Assembly: GCA_038227875.1 (NCBI GenBank)
Contig: JBBRPR010000015.1
Location: 32,001 to 96,000, forward strand
Source of the DNA: Planctomycetota bacterium
Lineage (GTDB): Bacteria; Planctomycetota; SZUA-567; H5-PLA8
DNA length: 64,000 nt
Direction of reading: 5' to 3'
Shown here: piece by piece, positions 1 to 9,989 of the stretch
Numbering within the stretch: position 1 is the first letter of the stretch
Layout of the letters: the number at the start of each line of letters is the position of its first letter
Made by a program: the position numbers and the translations under genes
Notes under the pieces: generated by a model
The model's input: only the letters and a program-made list of their open reading frames with translations
Database searches by the model: none
What the model was told of the DNA's origin: nothing

Positions 1-477
1 GCCGGAAACCTTGACCACGTCGCCGCGGCAGGTTTCGGGTTTGTTCATCATCGTCACGTAGTTGATCTTGGGGTTGACGTTCTTGGTCAGAAATTCCTGC
101 GACGACGCGCGCACCGCTTTGAGGATGTCTTCCAGCGCATCGTGTTCGATGAATTCAGCTTCGCTGCCCGGCTTCTGTTCTTCGTCGATGTCGGCGAAGT
201 TGTCGGACTTCAGCGGAAAGGTCGGCGGCGTCCCCGAGATGACCGTGGGCTCCAGCGCACCGGCCACGGGAGCAGCGGCTGGCGCGGTTTTGTCGTCGGT
301 CTTCGTGCTGGTGTCTTTCTTCTCGGCCTCGGCAGCCGGTGCCGCTGGTTTTACATCAGGCGTCGCCGGGGCTGGAGCAGGCGCTGGAGCCGGCGGCGCA
401 TCCTCCGCGCGAACGCGCAGCAGCAACCCCAGGAGCAGTACGGCACAGAGCGGAAGGAAGCGAAGTTTGCGAAGCAT
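1..477 (-). CDS. Secreted or membrane-anchored hypothetical protein (runs off the window edge)
   Basis: Not in the ORF track. Manual translation from ATG 477 gives MLRKLRFLPLCAVLLLGLLRVRAEDAPPAPAPAPAP (signal peptide, Pro/Ala linker), open to base 1 and co-oriented with the exbBD cluster. Confidence 0.75.
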   Translation of the reverse strand, partial: MLRKLRFLPLCAVLLLGLLLRVRAEDAPPAPAPAPAPATPDVKPAAPAAEAEKKDTSTKTDDKTAPAAAPVAGALEPTVISGTPPTFPLKSDNFADIDEEQKPGSEAEFIEHDALEDILKAVRASSQEFLTKNVNPKINYVTMMNKPETCRGDVVKVSG

Positions 478-563
478 GAAGTGCCTTTCTTCGAGGCTTG
501 GAACGTCGGTGTACAGCTTACTTCAGAATGAAATCTCCCACCAGAACAAAGGGCGGTTTCCAG

Positions 564-1064
564 TCAGTTGCTCAACGGCTCAGCGGGGTCGAGAGTCACC
601 ATTTCTATGTGTTCTATCCTCAGCCGTTCGCACAAATTGATGACGTAAATGAACGCCTGCCAAGCGGCATTGGGGTCGTAGGAGATTCGAACTTGGACTG
701 TTGTTCCGGGCTTGGCGATGGTGGTGAGTTCCTCCTCAAATTGATCGAACAGAATTGTCTTATTTCGAATGGTATAGAATGGTTTTCCGTAGTTCTCGTG
801 CAGCTGAACATTAACAATTAATGGCGCGAAAGCTGTTTTATGACTTGGCCACAAGGCAGGGAATGTATTGAGTTGTACCTGCGGATGGATGAACATCGTA
901 TCGGAACAGCGAAAATGAAAACCGCTTGGAATTAACATCATGCAAACACAGCCAAGGCTGGTCGCGATCCACAACTTCGCCGCTTTAAACGCGGCGAAGG
1001 GTGCTGGAAGTTTGATGCCACGCCTGGGTTTTCGCATCGGCCTGGTTCCCGGCCTGAATGTCAT
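564..1064 (-). CDS. Divergent ExbD/TolR-like protein
   Basis: C-terminus VQVRISYDPNAAWQAFIYVINLCERLRIEHI aligns with the neighbouring ExbDs (VRVSYEPEVPWRDVMAVFNAC). Single TM lacks the conserved Asp. AT-richer than flanks. Confidence 0.65.
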   Translation of the reverse strand: MTFRPGTRPMRKPRRGIKLPAPFAAFKAAKLWIATSLGCVCMMLIPSGFHFRCSDTMFIHPQVQLNTFPALWPSHKTAFAPLIVNVQLHENYGKPFYTIRNKTILFDQFEEELTTIAKPGTTVQVRISYDPNAAWQAFIYVINLCERLRIEHIEMVTLDPAEPLSN

Positions 1065-1083
1065 TGAGTTCTCGACGGTTGGC

Positions 1084-1560
1084 TCAGCGCGGAGCGGCTT
1101 GATCTGCGCGCAGCGGGATGAGGCTGCACTTCTCGATCTTTAGTTTGGAGCATTCGTTCATCACATCGATCACCTTCTGCCATTCCACATTTGCGTCGTA
1201 TGAAAGATTTACCTTGAAAGTATTACGACCCGAAGCGACGCGACGAAGTGACTCTGAAAAGTTTGCAAAGTCGGTAGTGTGGTTTTGGAAAAGCATCGTC
1301 ACTTGGCCGTTTTCCTGCGAAATATGAACGGGCAAAATTTCATCCGGTGAATGTATGGGTTCAACGGGATGTTTATTTGTGTTCCCTGGCGGGTTCGTCC
1401 GCTCCAGGGAATACGTCGCTCCCGTCTTCGCATGAAACGCGATCAGGAAAAACTGCGTGATCAGAAAAAAACAATCCACCATGAAGTACACCCACGGCTT
1501 GTCGCCGTGCGGGGCGTCGGATCCGGAACCGATTGAGAGGATGCGGCGACGTCGGGACAT
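1084..1560 (-). CDS. exbD: ExbD/TolR family biopolymer transport protein
   Basis: TM PWVYFMVDCFFLITQFF with Asp; C-terminal VNLSYDANVEWQKVIDVMNECSKLKI. Start moved to ATG 1560 (MSRRRR) behind AGGAGAG. Confidence 0.8.
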   Translation of the reverse strand: MSRRRRILSIGSGSDAPHGDKPWVYFMVDCFFLITQFFLIAFHAKTGATYSLERTNPPGNTNKHPVEPIHSPDEILPVHISQENGQVTMLFQNHTTDFANFSESLRRVASGRNTFKVNLSYDANVEWQKVIDVMNECSKLKIEKCSLIPLRADQAAPR

Positions 1561-1723
1561 AGTTTCTCTCCTTTGAAAATGCGCGGCGCATGTCGCCTCG
1601 CGGTATACTGAGGTGATGGGGGTGGTCGAACGGTATACGTGGGTACGGCTACGGCTATTCTGGCACTGCAATTCAGATCGTTGCTCTTAACCTGCCCTCT
1701 CGCGTTGGATTGTTCGAGAGAGC

Positions 1724-1765
1724 GAGGTGAGGGGCCGTTGGCTGTTGCGAACGGCGCCTCACCTC
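1724..1765. other. Long intergenic inverted repeat (possible terminator or mRNA-processing hairpin) between exbD copies
   Basis: GAGGTGAGGGGCCGTT (1724-1739) pairs with AACGGCGCCTCACCTC (1750-1765), 15 of 16 complementary. Confidence 0.5.
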
Positions 1766-1804
1766 AGCGACACTCCGTTGCCGGAATGTCGCGAGGGGTG
1801 TGAA

Positions 1805-2293
1805 TTACTGACGCATTGGAGCAGCCTTGTCGCCGCGCAGAGGAATCAAGCCGCACTCGGCGATCTTGACCTTCGTGCAGGCATTGAACACGGCCATCAC
1901 ATCGCGCCACGGCACTTCCGGTTCGTACGAGACGCGCACCGAGTAGCGGTCGCCGCCGGCAGTCGTCGAGTTGGCCAGCTTCTGCTGCAGTTCGGCCAAT
2001 CCCGCCTGGCTGTCGAGGAACTTGTAGACGGCCTGGCCGCCATTGTTGAACACGTGGATGTTCAACTGTTCCTTGTTCGTGTGCGTGTCCTGATTCTTGC
2101 TCGGCACCGTTCCGCCCGGCGGAAGCTTCTGCGGCAGCACCGATTCTTCATTCTTGAACTTGAACGTGATGACGAAGAATTCCGTGATCAGGAAGAAGCA
2201 GTCGACCATGAAGTACACCCACGGACGGTCACCGTGGCCCATGCCACCATCGCCGTGTCCGCCGCCTCCGATCGTTCGTCGCTTGTGTGCCAT
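1805..2293 (-). CDS. exbD: ExbD/TolR family protein
   Basis: TM PWVYFMVDCFFLITEFFVITFKF followed by an ExbD-type periplasmic domain; directly downstream of exbB-exbD. Confidence 0.85.
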   Translation of the reverse strand: MAHKRRTIGGGGHGDGGMGHGDRPWVYFMVDCFFLITEFFVITFKFKNEESVLPQKLPPGGTVPSKNQDTHTNKEQLNIHVFNNGGQAVYKFLDSQAGLAELQQKLANSTTAGGDRYSVRVSYEPEVPWRDVMAVFNACTKVKIAECGLIPLRGDKAAPMRQ

Positions 2294-2380
2294 GACTTTT
2301 GGTACTCCTGAAGGTTCGTTGTCGTCGTTGTCAGGACTGAAGCGTTGCTGTTACCCGTCTTTCTGTTGTGGATCGGTACT

Positions 2381-2863
2381 TCAGTTCTTGGGCGCTTCGA
2401 CTGCGTAGTGCACGTTCACCAGCTTGGCCTGCGCGAGAGTCATCATGACGCGTTCGGCTTCCCGCATCGGCGCGTCTTCGGGAATGCGCAGCTTGACGGG
2501 GAAGGGGACTTCGCCCTGCGGTCCGAGCGTCACGCCGCCACCAGCGGTGCGCTGCGTGATCTGTTCCTGCAGGTACTTGATCAGCGATGAATTGTTGCCG
2601 CCCTGCACCAACTCGTATTCGCGGTTTTCAACGATCGCCTTGTACTGTCCGGTCGCCGTCTTCTTCAGCTGCACGACGATGCGGTTCTTGGTGTTGACGT
2701 CCTTGTCGTTCTTGGCCTGGTCGGCGCGCGGCAGCTTCATCTGCACCGAGGAGGTGCTCTTGGCCATGTCGCCCACCATCACCAGGAACATCAGGAGCAG
2801 TGAGATGATGTCGATCAGCGGAACCATGTCGACTTCTACTGTGTTATCTTCTTTGGCACTCAT
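2381..2863 (-). CDS. exbD: ExbD/TolR family protein
   Basis: Canonical VDMVPLIDIISLLLMFLVM motif, then LPRA and VKLRIPEDAPMR. Confidence 0.92.
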   Translation of the reverse strand: MSAKEDNTVEVDMVPLIDIISLLLMFLVMVGDMAKSTSSVQMKLPRADQAKNDKDVNTKNRIVVQLKKTATGQYKAIVENREYELVQGGNNSSLIKYLQEQITQRTAGGGVTLGPQGEVPFPVKLRIPEDAPMREAERVMMTLAQAKLVNVHYAVEAPKN

Positions 2864-2977
2864 GGTTGGGGCTCCAGTTTCAGTTCCAGTTTGTCTGCGG
2901 TTCGAACAACTCTTGTTTCAGCGCCGGGCTTTCAGGATATTCGCGTCTGAAAGCCCGGCACTCAAAACTGCCCTTTA

Positions 2978-3685
2978 TTACTCCGCGGCCTGTTCGCCGG
3001 CGGTCACGAGGCGGATGAGTTCGTTGCAGTCATTGGAGACTTCCAGCACCGTCTGGGTGACGCGATTCTTGAGGAAGAACGACACCGACAGCAGCGGAAT
3101 GGCGACCATCAGTCCGGTGAAGGTACAGATCAAGGCGATGGCGATACCCTTGGCCATGTCGGACGCGGTCACGGCGTCGGCCTTTTCGGCGATGACGGCG
3201 AACGTCGCGATCATACCGACGGTCGTTCCGGTCAGTCCCAACATCGGGGCCACGGCGGCGATCAGCTGGAGGACGCCGACCTTGTGGAGCAGCTTGTTGG
3301 CTTCGACTTCGCCCGTGTCAGCCATCGCACCTTCCATGGCTTCCTTGCCGTACTGCGCATTCGAGAGCGTCGCGAACGCGATCGTGCCGAGGAACGAGCT
3401 GTCGCCCTGAGCGGCTTCGACGGCGCCGTCCAAGTTGCCTTCCTGTACGCAGTTGATCAGTTCATTGGCCAGCTCCGGCGGGCGGAGCAGATGCGCGCGC
3501 AGCGTGACCAGTGCCTGGAAGCACAGCGCGAAGCCCGTCACGGACGTCAACAGCAGCACGTATTCCATGAACCCGGCTTCTTTGGCCAAGTCCAGAAAGC
3601 TTGCATGAGCCTGACCGCTGACCAGGACCACGCCCATGGCCAACACGGCAGCCACCTTCAACTTGCTCTGAAACACGTTCCGCAT
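2978..3685 (-). CDS. exbB: MotA/TolQ/ExbB proton channel family protein
   Basis: APMLGLTGTTVGMIATF and GIAIALICTFTGLMVAIP motifs. Start at ATG 3685 behind GGAAGGAG. Confidence 0.92.
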   Translation of the reverse strand: MRNVFQSKLKVAAVLAMGVVLVSGQAHASFLDLAKEAGFMEYVLLLTSVTGFALCFQALVTLRAHLLRPPELANELINCVQEGNLDGAVEAAQGDSSFLGTIAFATLSNAQYGKEAMEGAMADTGEVEANKLLHKVGVLQLIAAVAPMLGLTGTTVGMIATFAVIAEKADAVTASDMAKGIAIALICTFTGLMVAIPLLSVSFFLKNRVTQTVLEVSNDCNELIRLVTAGEQAAE

Positions 3686-3990
3686 CGCGTTCTCCTTCCA
3701 CATGTATTCAGCCGACACCGGCTGATGGATTAATCTGTTTCTCGTTCTTCCCCGTCATCTCATCAAAGATGAAGCTGGGGATATAACGAGCCAATGCACC
3801 CGTTCTTGCACAAATTTCGTTACTGCTAATCTTTTCCTCGAAACAACTTAAGTAAAACCTGTAAATTTCTTTGAAGACTGTTCTTCTCGTTTTGCACTGT
3901 GCACATTGTGTTTTGGTCGGAGTTCCGTCGTTTTCTTGCGCTTCCAAAAATTCAACGAATCGCTCCCGCGATTCCTGCGCATTTTCTTGA

Positions 3991-6075
<2,085 letters not shown>

Positions 6076-6228
6076 GGTTGCTTCCGGATCATAATCATTG
6101 AAACGCTGGCCGTCGTGGGGAGTCCATTACTGGACACCCGCGATACGCTGTTTGCTTTAGCAGGTAAAAAGCCGCACACTGTGCCGCTTCGTGACGTTCA
6201 AGCTCCGTGCCGTGAGAAAGACGAGTAG

Positions 6229-8334
6229 ATGCGAATAATCTGGGGCATAGCGGCGTGTCTGGTGATTGCAGGTCTGGCGTTGCTGCTGGCCTACGTCGCC
6301 GCTCCCAAGACGGCGACGACGACAGACGTCTCCACAAATGTCGCAACCGGAACCGCGACCTCCACGGCCAGCGGCACTGACACGAAAACCGACGCGCGCA
6401 CGGGAATCAACACGCGCTTCACCGGTGGCAACCCGCCCAAGGTCGAAGCGCCGGGTGACAGCCGCCCCGCGCCGGACGCCCACGCCGATCCGGCCACCAC
6501 CGTTTACATCGGCCGCGATTACGACGCCGCGACGCCGCGCACCATTCAGACCGTGCTCACCACCCGCCGCCGCGATGCCACGTACCAGGCCCTGGTCCGT
6601 TACCAGCCGCAGGAAGTGCTGACGGCCGAAATTCCCGGAGTCGGGGACGTGCGCCAGGCGCTGGCCGCCGAAGGCAAGATGCTGCCCTCCGTGATCCGCC
6701 GCGTCGATCAGGAAACGGAGATGTTCGTCGACAACCTCGGCCAGCCGCTCCATTCGATCATGAGTTACACCGCTTATGTGAACATCGACGGCACGGTCGT
6801 CGCCTACGATTTGGCGCAGACCAGCGGCGGACAGGCCGAGCGGCTCGTCGGGCATCGCACCAAGAAAGGTGCGATCGTCGACATTTACCGTGGCAACCAG
6901 CGCGTCGACACCAACGAAGTCACGTTCCCCAATTCCAAGACGTTCATTCCCGTCGAGATGGAATTGATTCCGCAGTGGTTCCAGACTCACGCCGACGCCG
7001 CGATGAAAAAAGAGCCGGTGCTCTTTTCACTCTTCATGCCGGAAGTGATGGGCTTCATTCTGCTCAAGGCTCAACCGCTGGCCGATCAAGTCGTGCCCAT
7101 CGGCACCGCCAACTGGGATTGCCAGCGCTACGAAGTCTGGACCAGTTCGATGCAGTCCAACGAAGGACAGAAGGCGCACCAGATCATGTGGTTCGACAAG
7201 CAGCCGAACTCGGGCTTGCTGATGCGCGTCGAGGATATCGATCCGAGTCTGAAGCCGGGCGAAGGTCCGGTGACAGAGCGGCGCAACGCCGAAGAGCTCA
7301 CGCATCTGCGCCAGTCCGTCGAACCGGTGCCGCAACTGCCCAAGCACGATTTCCCATATCCGCTCAACGAAACGCTGCTCTACACCGTCCACACCGGCGA
7401 GCAGGACATCGGGCACGTTCACATCAAGTTCGAGCAAGTGAGCGCCGAGGCCAATCCGAAAGCCGCGTACAAGGCGACGGCGATCGTCGACATTGGCGCC
7501 GTCGGCAACCAGCGCCACGAAACCGCATCGACGCTCTTCAACAAGAATTGGGAAGCGATCGACTATACCGCCGTGGGCCGCGAGAGCAGCGACGTGCGCA
7601 CGGATTACTCCGTCGACGCCAAGGTCGCCGCCGGAATGATGACCATGGCGCTGCAGCGCCACACCATCGTGCCGCCGCCGATGGCCAAAAAGCCGGAGAC
7701 CACAAATCCCACCGGACCCGCTACGCCGGAGAAGGACAAAGCCGACAAGGAAAAGGAAGAACTTTGGCCGACCGGAAAAGACCCGATGCGTCGCGTGCCG
7801 ATCAGCGATGAAGACGCCAAGGCCGAAGAAGATGCCAACACCGTAGCCAAGGACACGCACCAGGAACTCACGCGCCCGCTGACGCCCGGCAGCTTTCTCT
7901 TCGATCACAATCGTCTCGAACAGCTCGCTGCGATGGCGCACCGTCTGCCGCTGCCCGACCTAACCAAGCCCGATGCGCCGCGCACGCTCTATCAGAAAGC
8001 CGGCCTCTGTTTCGTGCGCCAGAACCGCGCCGGCGTGGTTCTCTTCGACATTTCACCGGAACCGAAACCGCAGCTGACCGAACGCCAGAAGCAGCGCGAA
8101 GAAGCCGAACGTTCGCTGGAACCGCAGCTTTATATTGTGAACGCGACGAGCGCGATGATGCCCTGCCAGATGCTGCTGGCCCCCGACGGCCGCATCCTGG
8201 AACTCACGCTGAAATTCGGCGCGAAAGAAATTACCTACACGCTCGACGACCCGATCATGCGCCGCCGCGCCGAACGCGCGAGCCGCGAAAAAATGAAACA
8301 AGGCCCCCGCCTGCTGCGCCCGAATTGGTGGTAA
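6229..8334 (+). CDS. Membrane-anchored or exported hypothetical protein with beta-rich domains (possibly DUF3108-like)
   Basis: N-terminal hydrophobic anchor, Thr-rich linker and ETLLYTVHTGEQDIGHVHIKF segment; host-like codon usage. Confidence 0.7.
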   Translation: MRIIWGIAACLVIAGLALLLAYVAAPKTATTTDVSTNVATGTATSTASGTDTKTDARTGINTRFTGGNPPKVEAPGDSRPAPDAHADPATTVYIGRDYDAATPRTIQTVLTTRRRDATYQALVRYQPQEVLTAEIPGVGDVRQALAAEGKMLPSVIRRVDQETEMFVDNLGQPLHSIMSYTAYVNIDGTVVAYDLAQTSGGQAERLVGHRTKKGAIVDIYRGNQRVDTNEVTFPNSKTFIPVEMELIPQWFQTHADAAMKKEPVLFSLFMPEVMGFILLKAQPLADQVVPIGTANWDCQRYEVWTSSMQSNEGQKAHQIMWFDKQPNSGLLMRVEDIDPSLKPGEGPVTERRNAEELTHLRQSVEPVPQLPKHDFPYPLNETLLYTVHTGEQDIGHVHIKFEQVSAEANPKAAYKATAIVDIGAVGNQRHETASTLFNKNWEAIDYTAVGRESSDVRTDYSVDAKVAAGMMTMALQRHTIVPPPMAKKPETTNPTGPATPEKDKADKEKEELWPTGKDPMRRVPISDEDAKAEEDANTVAKDTHQELTRPLTPGSFLFDHNRLEQLAAMAHRLPLPDLTKPDAPRTLYQKAGLCFVRQNRAGVVLFDISPEPKPQLTERQKQREEAERSLEPQLYIVNATSAMMPCQMLLAPDGRILELTLKFGAKEITYTLDDPIMRRRAERASREKMKQGPRLLRPNWW

Positions 8335-8520
8335 CGCGCGCTGCCGCGCAAGGGTGCCAGTGCCTTGGCCGGACAAATGACCAAGATGCCACTGCGGTCG
8401 CACCGGCAATGCCGGCTCTTCGCTTTGTTCAGAGCCGTCTGTGCCAGTGGCACATCGCACCGAGCGATGACGCCGTCGGCCGAGCGCTCGGCCTTCGGCG
8501 TTCATCACTCAGCTTCAGCA

Positions 8521-9645
8521 TTATTTTTCGGCGTCGTCGCTACGGAAGATGACGAAGCCGCGATCGAGCAACGTGGCGAAGCTCGTGATGCGTGTGAGCT
8601 CGCTCAGTTCACTGCGCCAGTTTTGGACGGAGAGCTTGAGGCACAGTCCCTCGTTGCGCCGTTTCAAACGGGCCGTACCACTGCGGATCTCCGCGATGAA
8701 CGTCTTATCGCGGGAATCTTCTTTGACGATAGCCAGCTTGGCCGCAGGCGCGGGTTGCCCCGGTTTGGCCGGCCGGAGCTTGGCGGCGAGTTCCCGGCGT
8801 GGAAGAGAAAGCAGACGCTGCTGCTCGTCGGGTGCAAGCCCGACAAGCTTCTCCGCCGTTGAGACCGCCAGCTTGCCCAAGTCCACACGAGCGACCAAGT
8901 CGGGTGTTCCGCGTTCAAGAATTCTGCACGCGGAGCTTACGCTTCTGCCGGAAACGCTCAACATTTCACCCACGAGGTCCGTGGTTTTTGGTGGTTGCAA
9001 ATTTGCAACCACGGTTTCGCGCACCTTGTAAGAATATTTCCGCTCCAATGCCTCCTCTTCGAAGAGCGGAATCATTCGAGCGGCCACCATGGCGCGCTGA
9101 TTCTCCTTCAAATGCCTCCGCCGCAGGTTCGCGGAGACAATGAATTCGAGCAGTGAACTCTGCCCGTCCCACTCGCGAGCCTTGGGCTTCAGCCCCAGTC
9201 TCTGGCACGCGAGCACGCGATGACGTCCGTCGATGACCTGGCCCTGCCAGGTCCAGATGGCCTCGAGTTGACCCTTTTCGCGAATGTCCGCGACAAGAGC
9301 TTCGAACTCCGCTTCCCGCATCGGCGGAAAGATTGCCGCTGAGGGATGGATGGTGAACCCCTCGACAGGCTCGGGGCAGGCTCCTTCGGCAGGCTCAGGG
9401 CAGGCTCCTTCGGCAGGCTCAGGGCAGGCTCCTTCGGCAGGCTCAGGGCAGGCTCCCTCGACAGGCTCGGGGCAGGCTCCTTCGACAGGCTGAGGGCTGG
9501 CCCCGTTAACAGGCACAGGGTTGGCTCCGTCGACAGGCGCGGGTCCGGAATCCGGAACCGACTGGGTCTGCGGGGCTGATACGGCGGGAGCCCCGGTCGT
9601 GCTGTTTGCCGCGGTCTGAGCCGCGGCGTCATGAAGGGGTTGCAT
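8521..9645 (-). CDS. ParB N-terminal-like domain protein with an N-terminal octapeptide repeat
   Basis: HPSAAIFPPM..EFEALVADIREKGQLEAI...VIDGRHRVLAC...SANLRRRHL, followed by an HTH-like segment (LVGEMLSVSGRSVSSA). RBS AAGGAG upstream. Confidence 0.8.
   Translation of the reverse strand: MQPLHDAAAQTAANSTTGAPAVSAPQTQSVPDSGPAPVDGANPVPVNGASPQPVEGACPEPVEGACPEPAEGACPEPAEGACPEPAEGACPEPVEGFTIHPSAAIFPPMREAEFEALVADIREKGQLEAIWTWQGQVIDGRHRVLACQRLGLKPKAREWDGQSSLLEFIVSANLRRRHLKENQRAMVAARMIPLFEEEALERKYSYKVRETVVANLQPPKTTDLVGEMLSVSGRSVSSACRILERGTPDLVARVDLGKLAVSTAEKLVGLAPDEQQRLLSLPRRELAAKLRPAKPGQPAPAAKLAIVKEDSRDKTFIAEIRSGTARLKRRNEGLCLKLSVQNWRSELSELTRITSFATLLDRGFVIFRSDDAEK
9359..9550. repeat. 24-bp tandem repeat (5 near-identical and 3 degenerate units) inside the ParB-like gene
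   Basis: Unit CC(C/T)TCG(A/G)CAGGCTC(A/G)GGGCAGGCT encodes ACPEP(V/A)EG on the minus strand. Confidence 0.95.
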
Positions 9646-9873
9646 GGCAACCTACTCCTTATAAAATAGGTCCTCCGGTTGAGAACCTGATACTAAGAGC
9701 ATACGCCATGAATAGACCGAAGTTCAAGACAAAACCGAATATATTCCTAATATGGAGTTAATGTTGGTTCGTTAGTTATTGCAAATAATATGAGTTATGG
9801 CTGACAAAAAGTTGGGATTATTTTATTGGAATTGGATTTATCCGCGCGGTTGGACCGAGCTTGGAGCCATCGA

Positions 9874-9912
9874 GAACGGTCCCCAGTACTCCTGAAAGGG
9901 TGGGGACCGTTC
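9874..9912. repeat. 12-bp inverted repeat (terminator-like or REP-like)
   Basis: GAACGGTCCCCA ... TGGGGACCGTTC, downstream of the 9990-13295 gene. Confidence 0.6.
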
Positions 9913-9989
9913 AAACAAGGTTCACAATCACAGGCCTGATTTCAATCGCAACGAGTTGTTGATGAGTTACTGTCTTCCCGAGTAAGCGC

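Noticed and set aside
9359..9550. Possible CRISPR array
   Set aside because: Units are directly adjacent with no spacers, lie in frame within a CDS, and no cas genes are present.
8521..9645. Chromosome-partitioning parB
   Set aside because: No parA neighbour, and the motif is IDGRHR in an MGE-type context rather than the usual GERRxRA.
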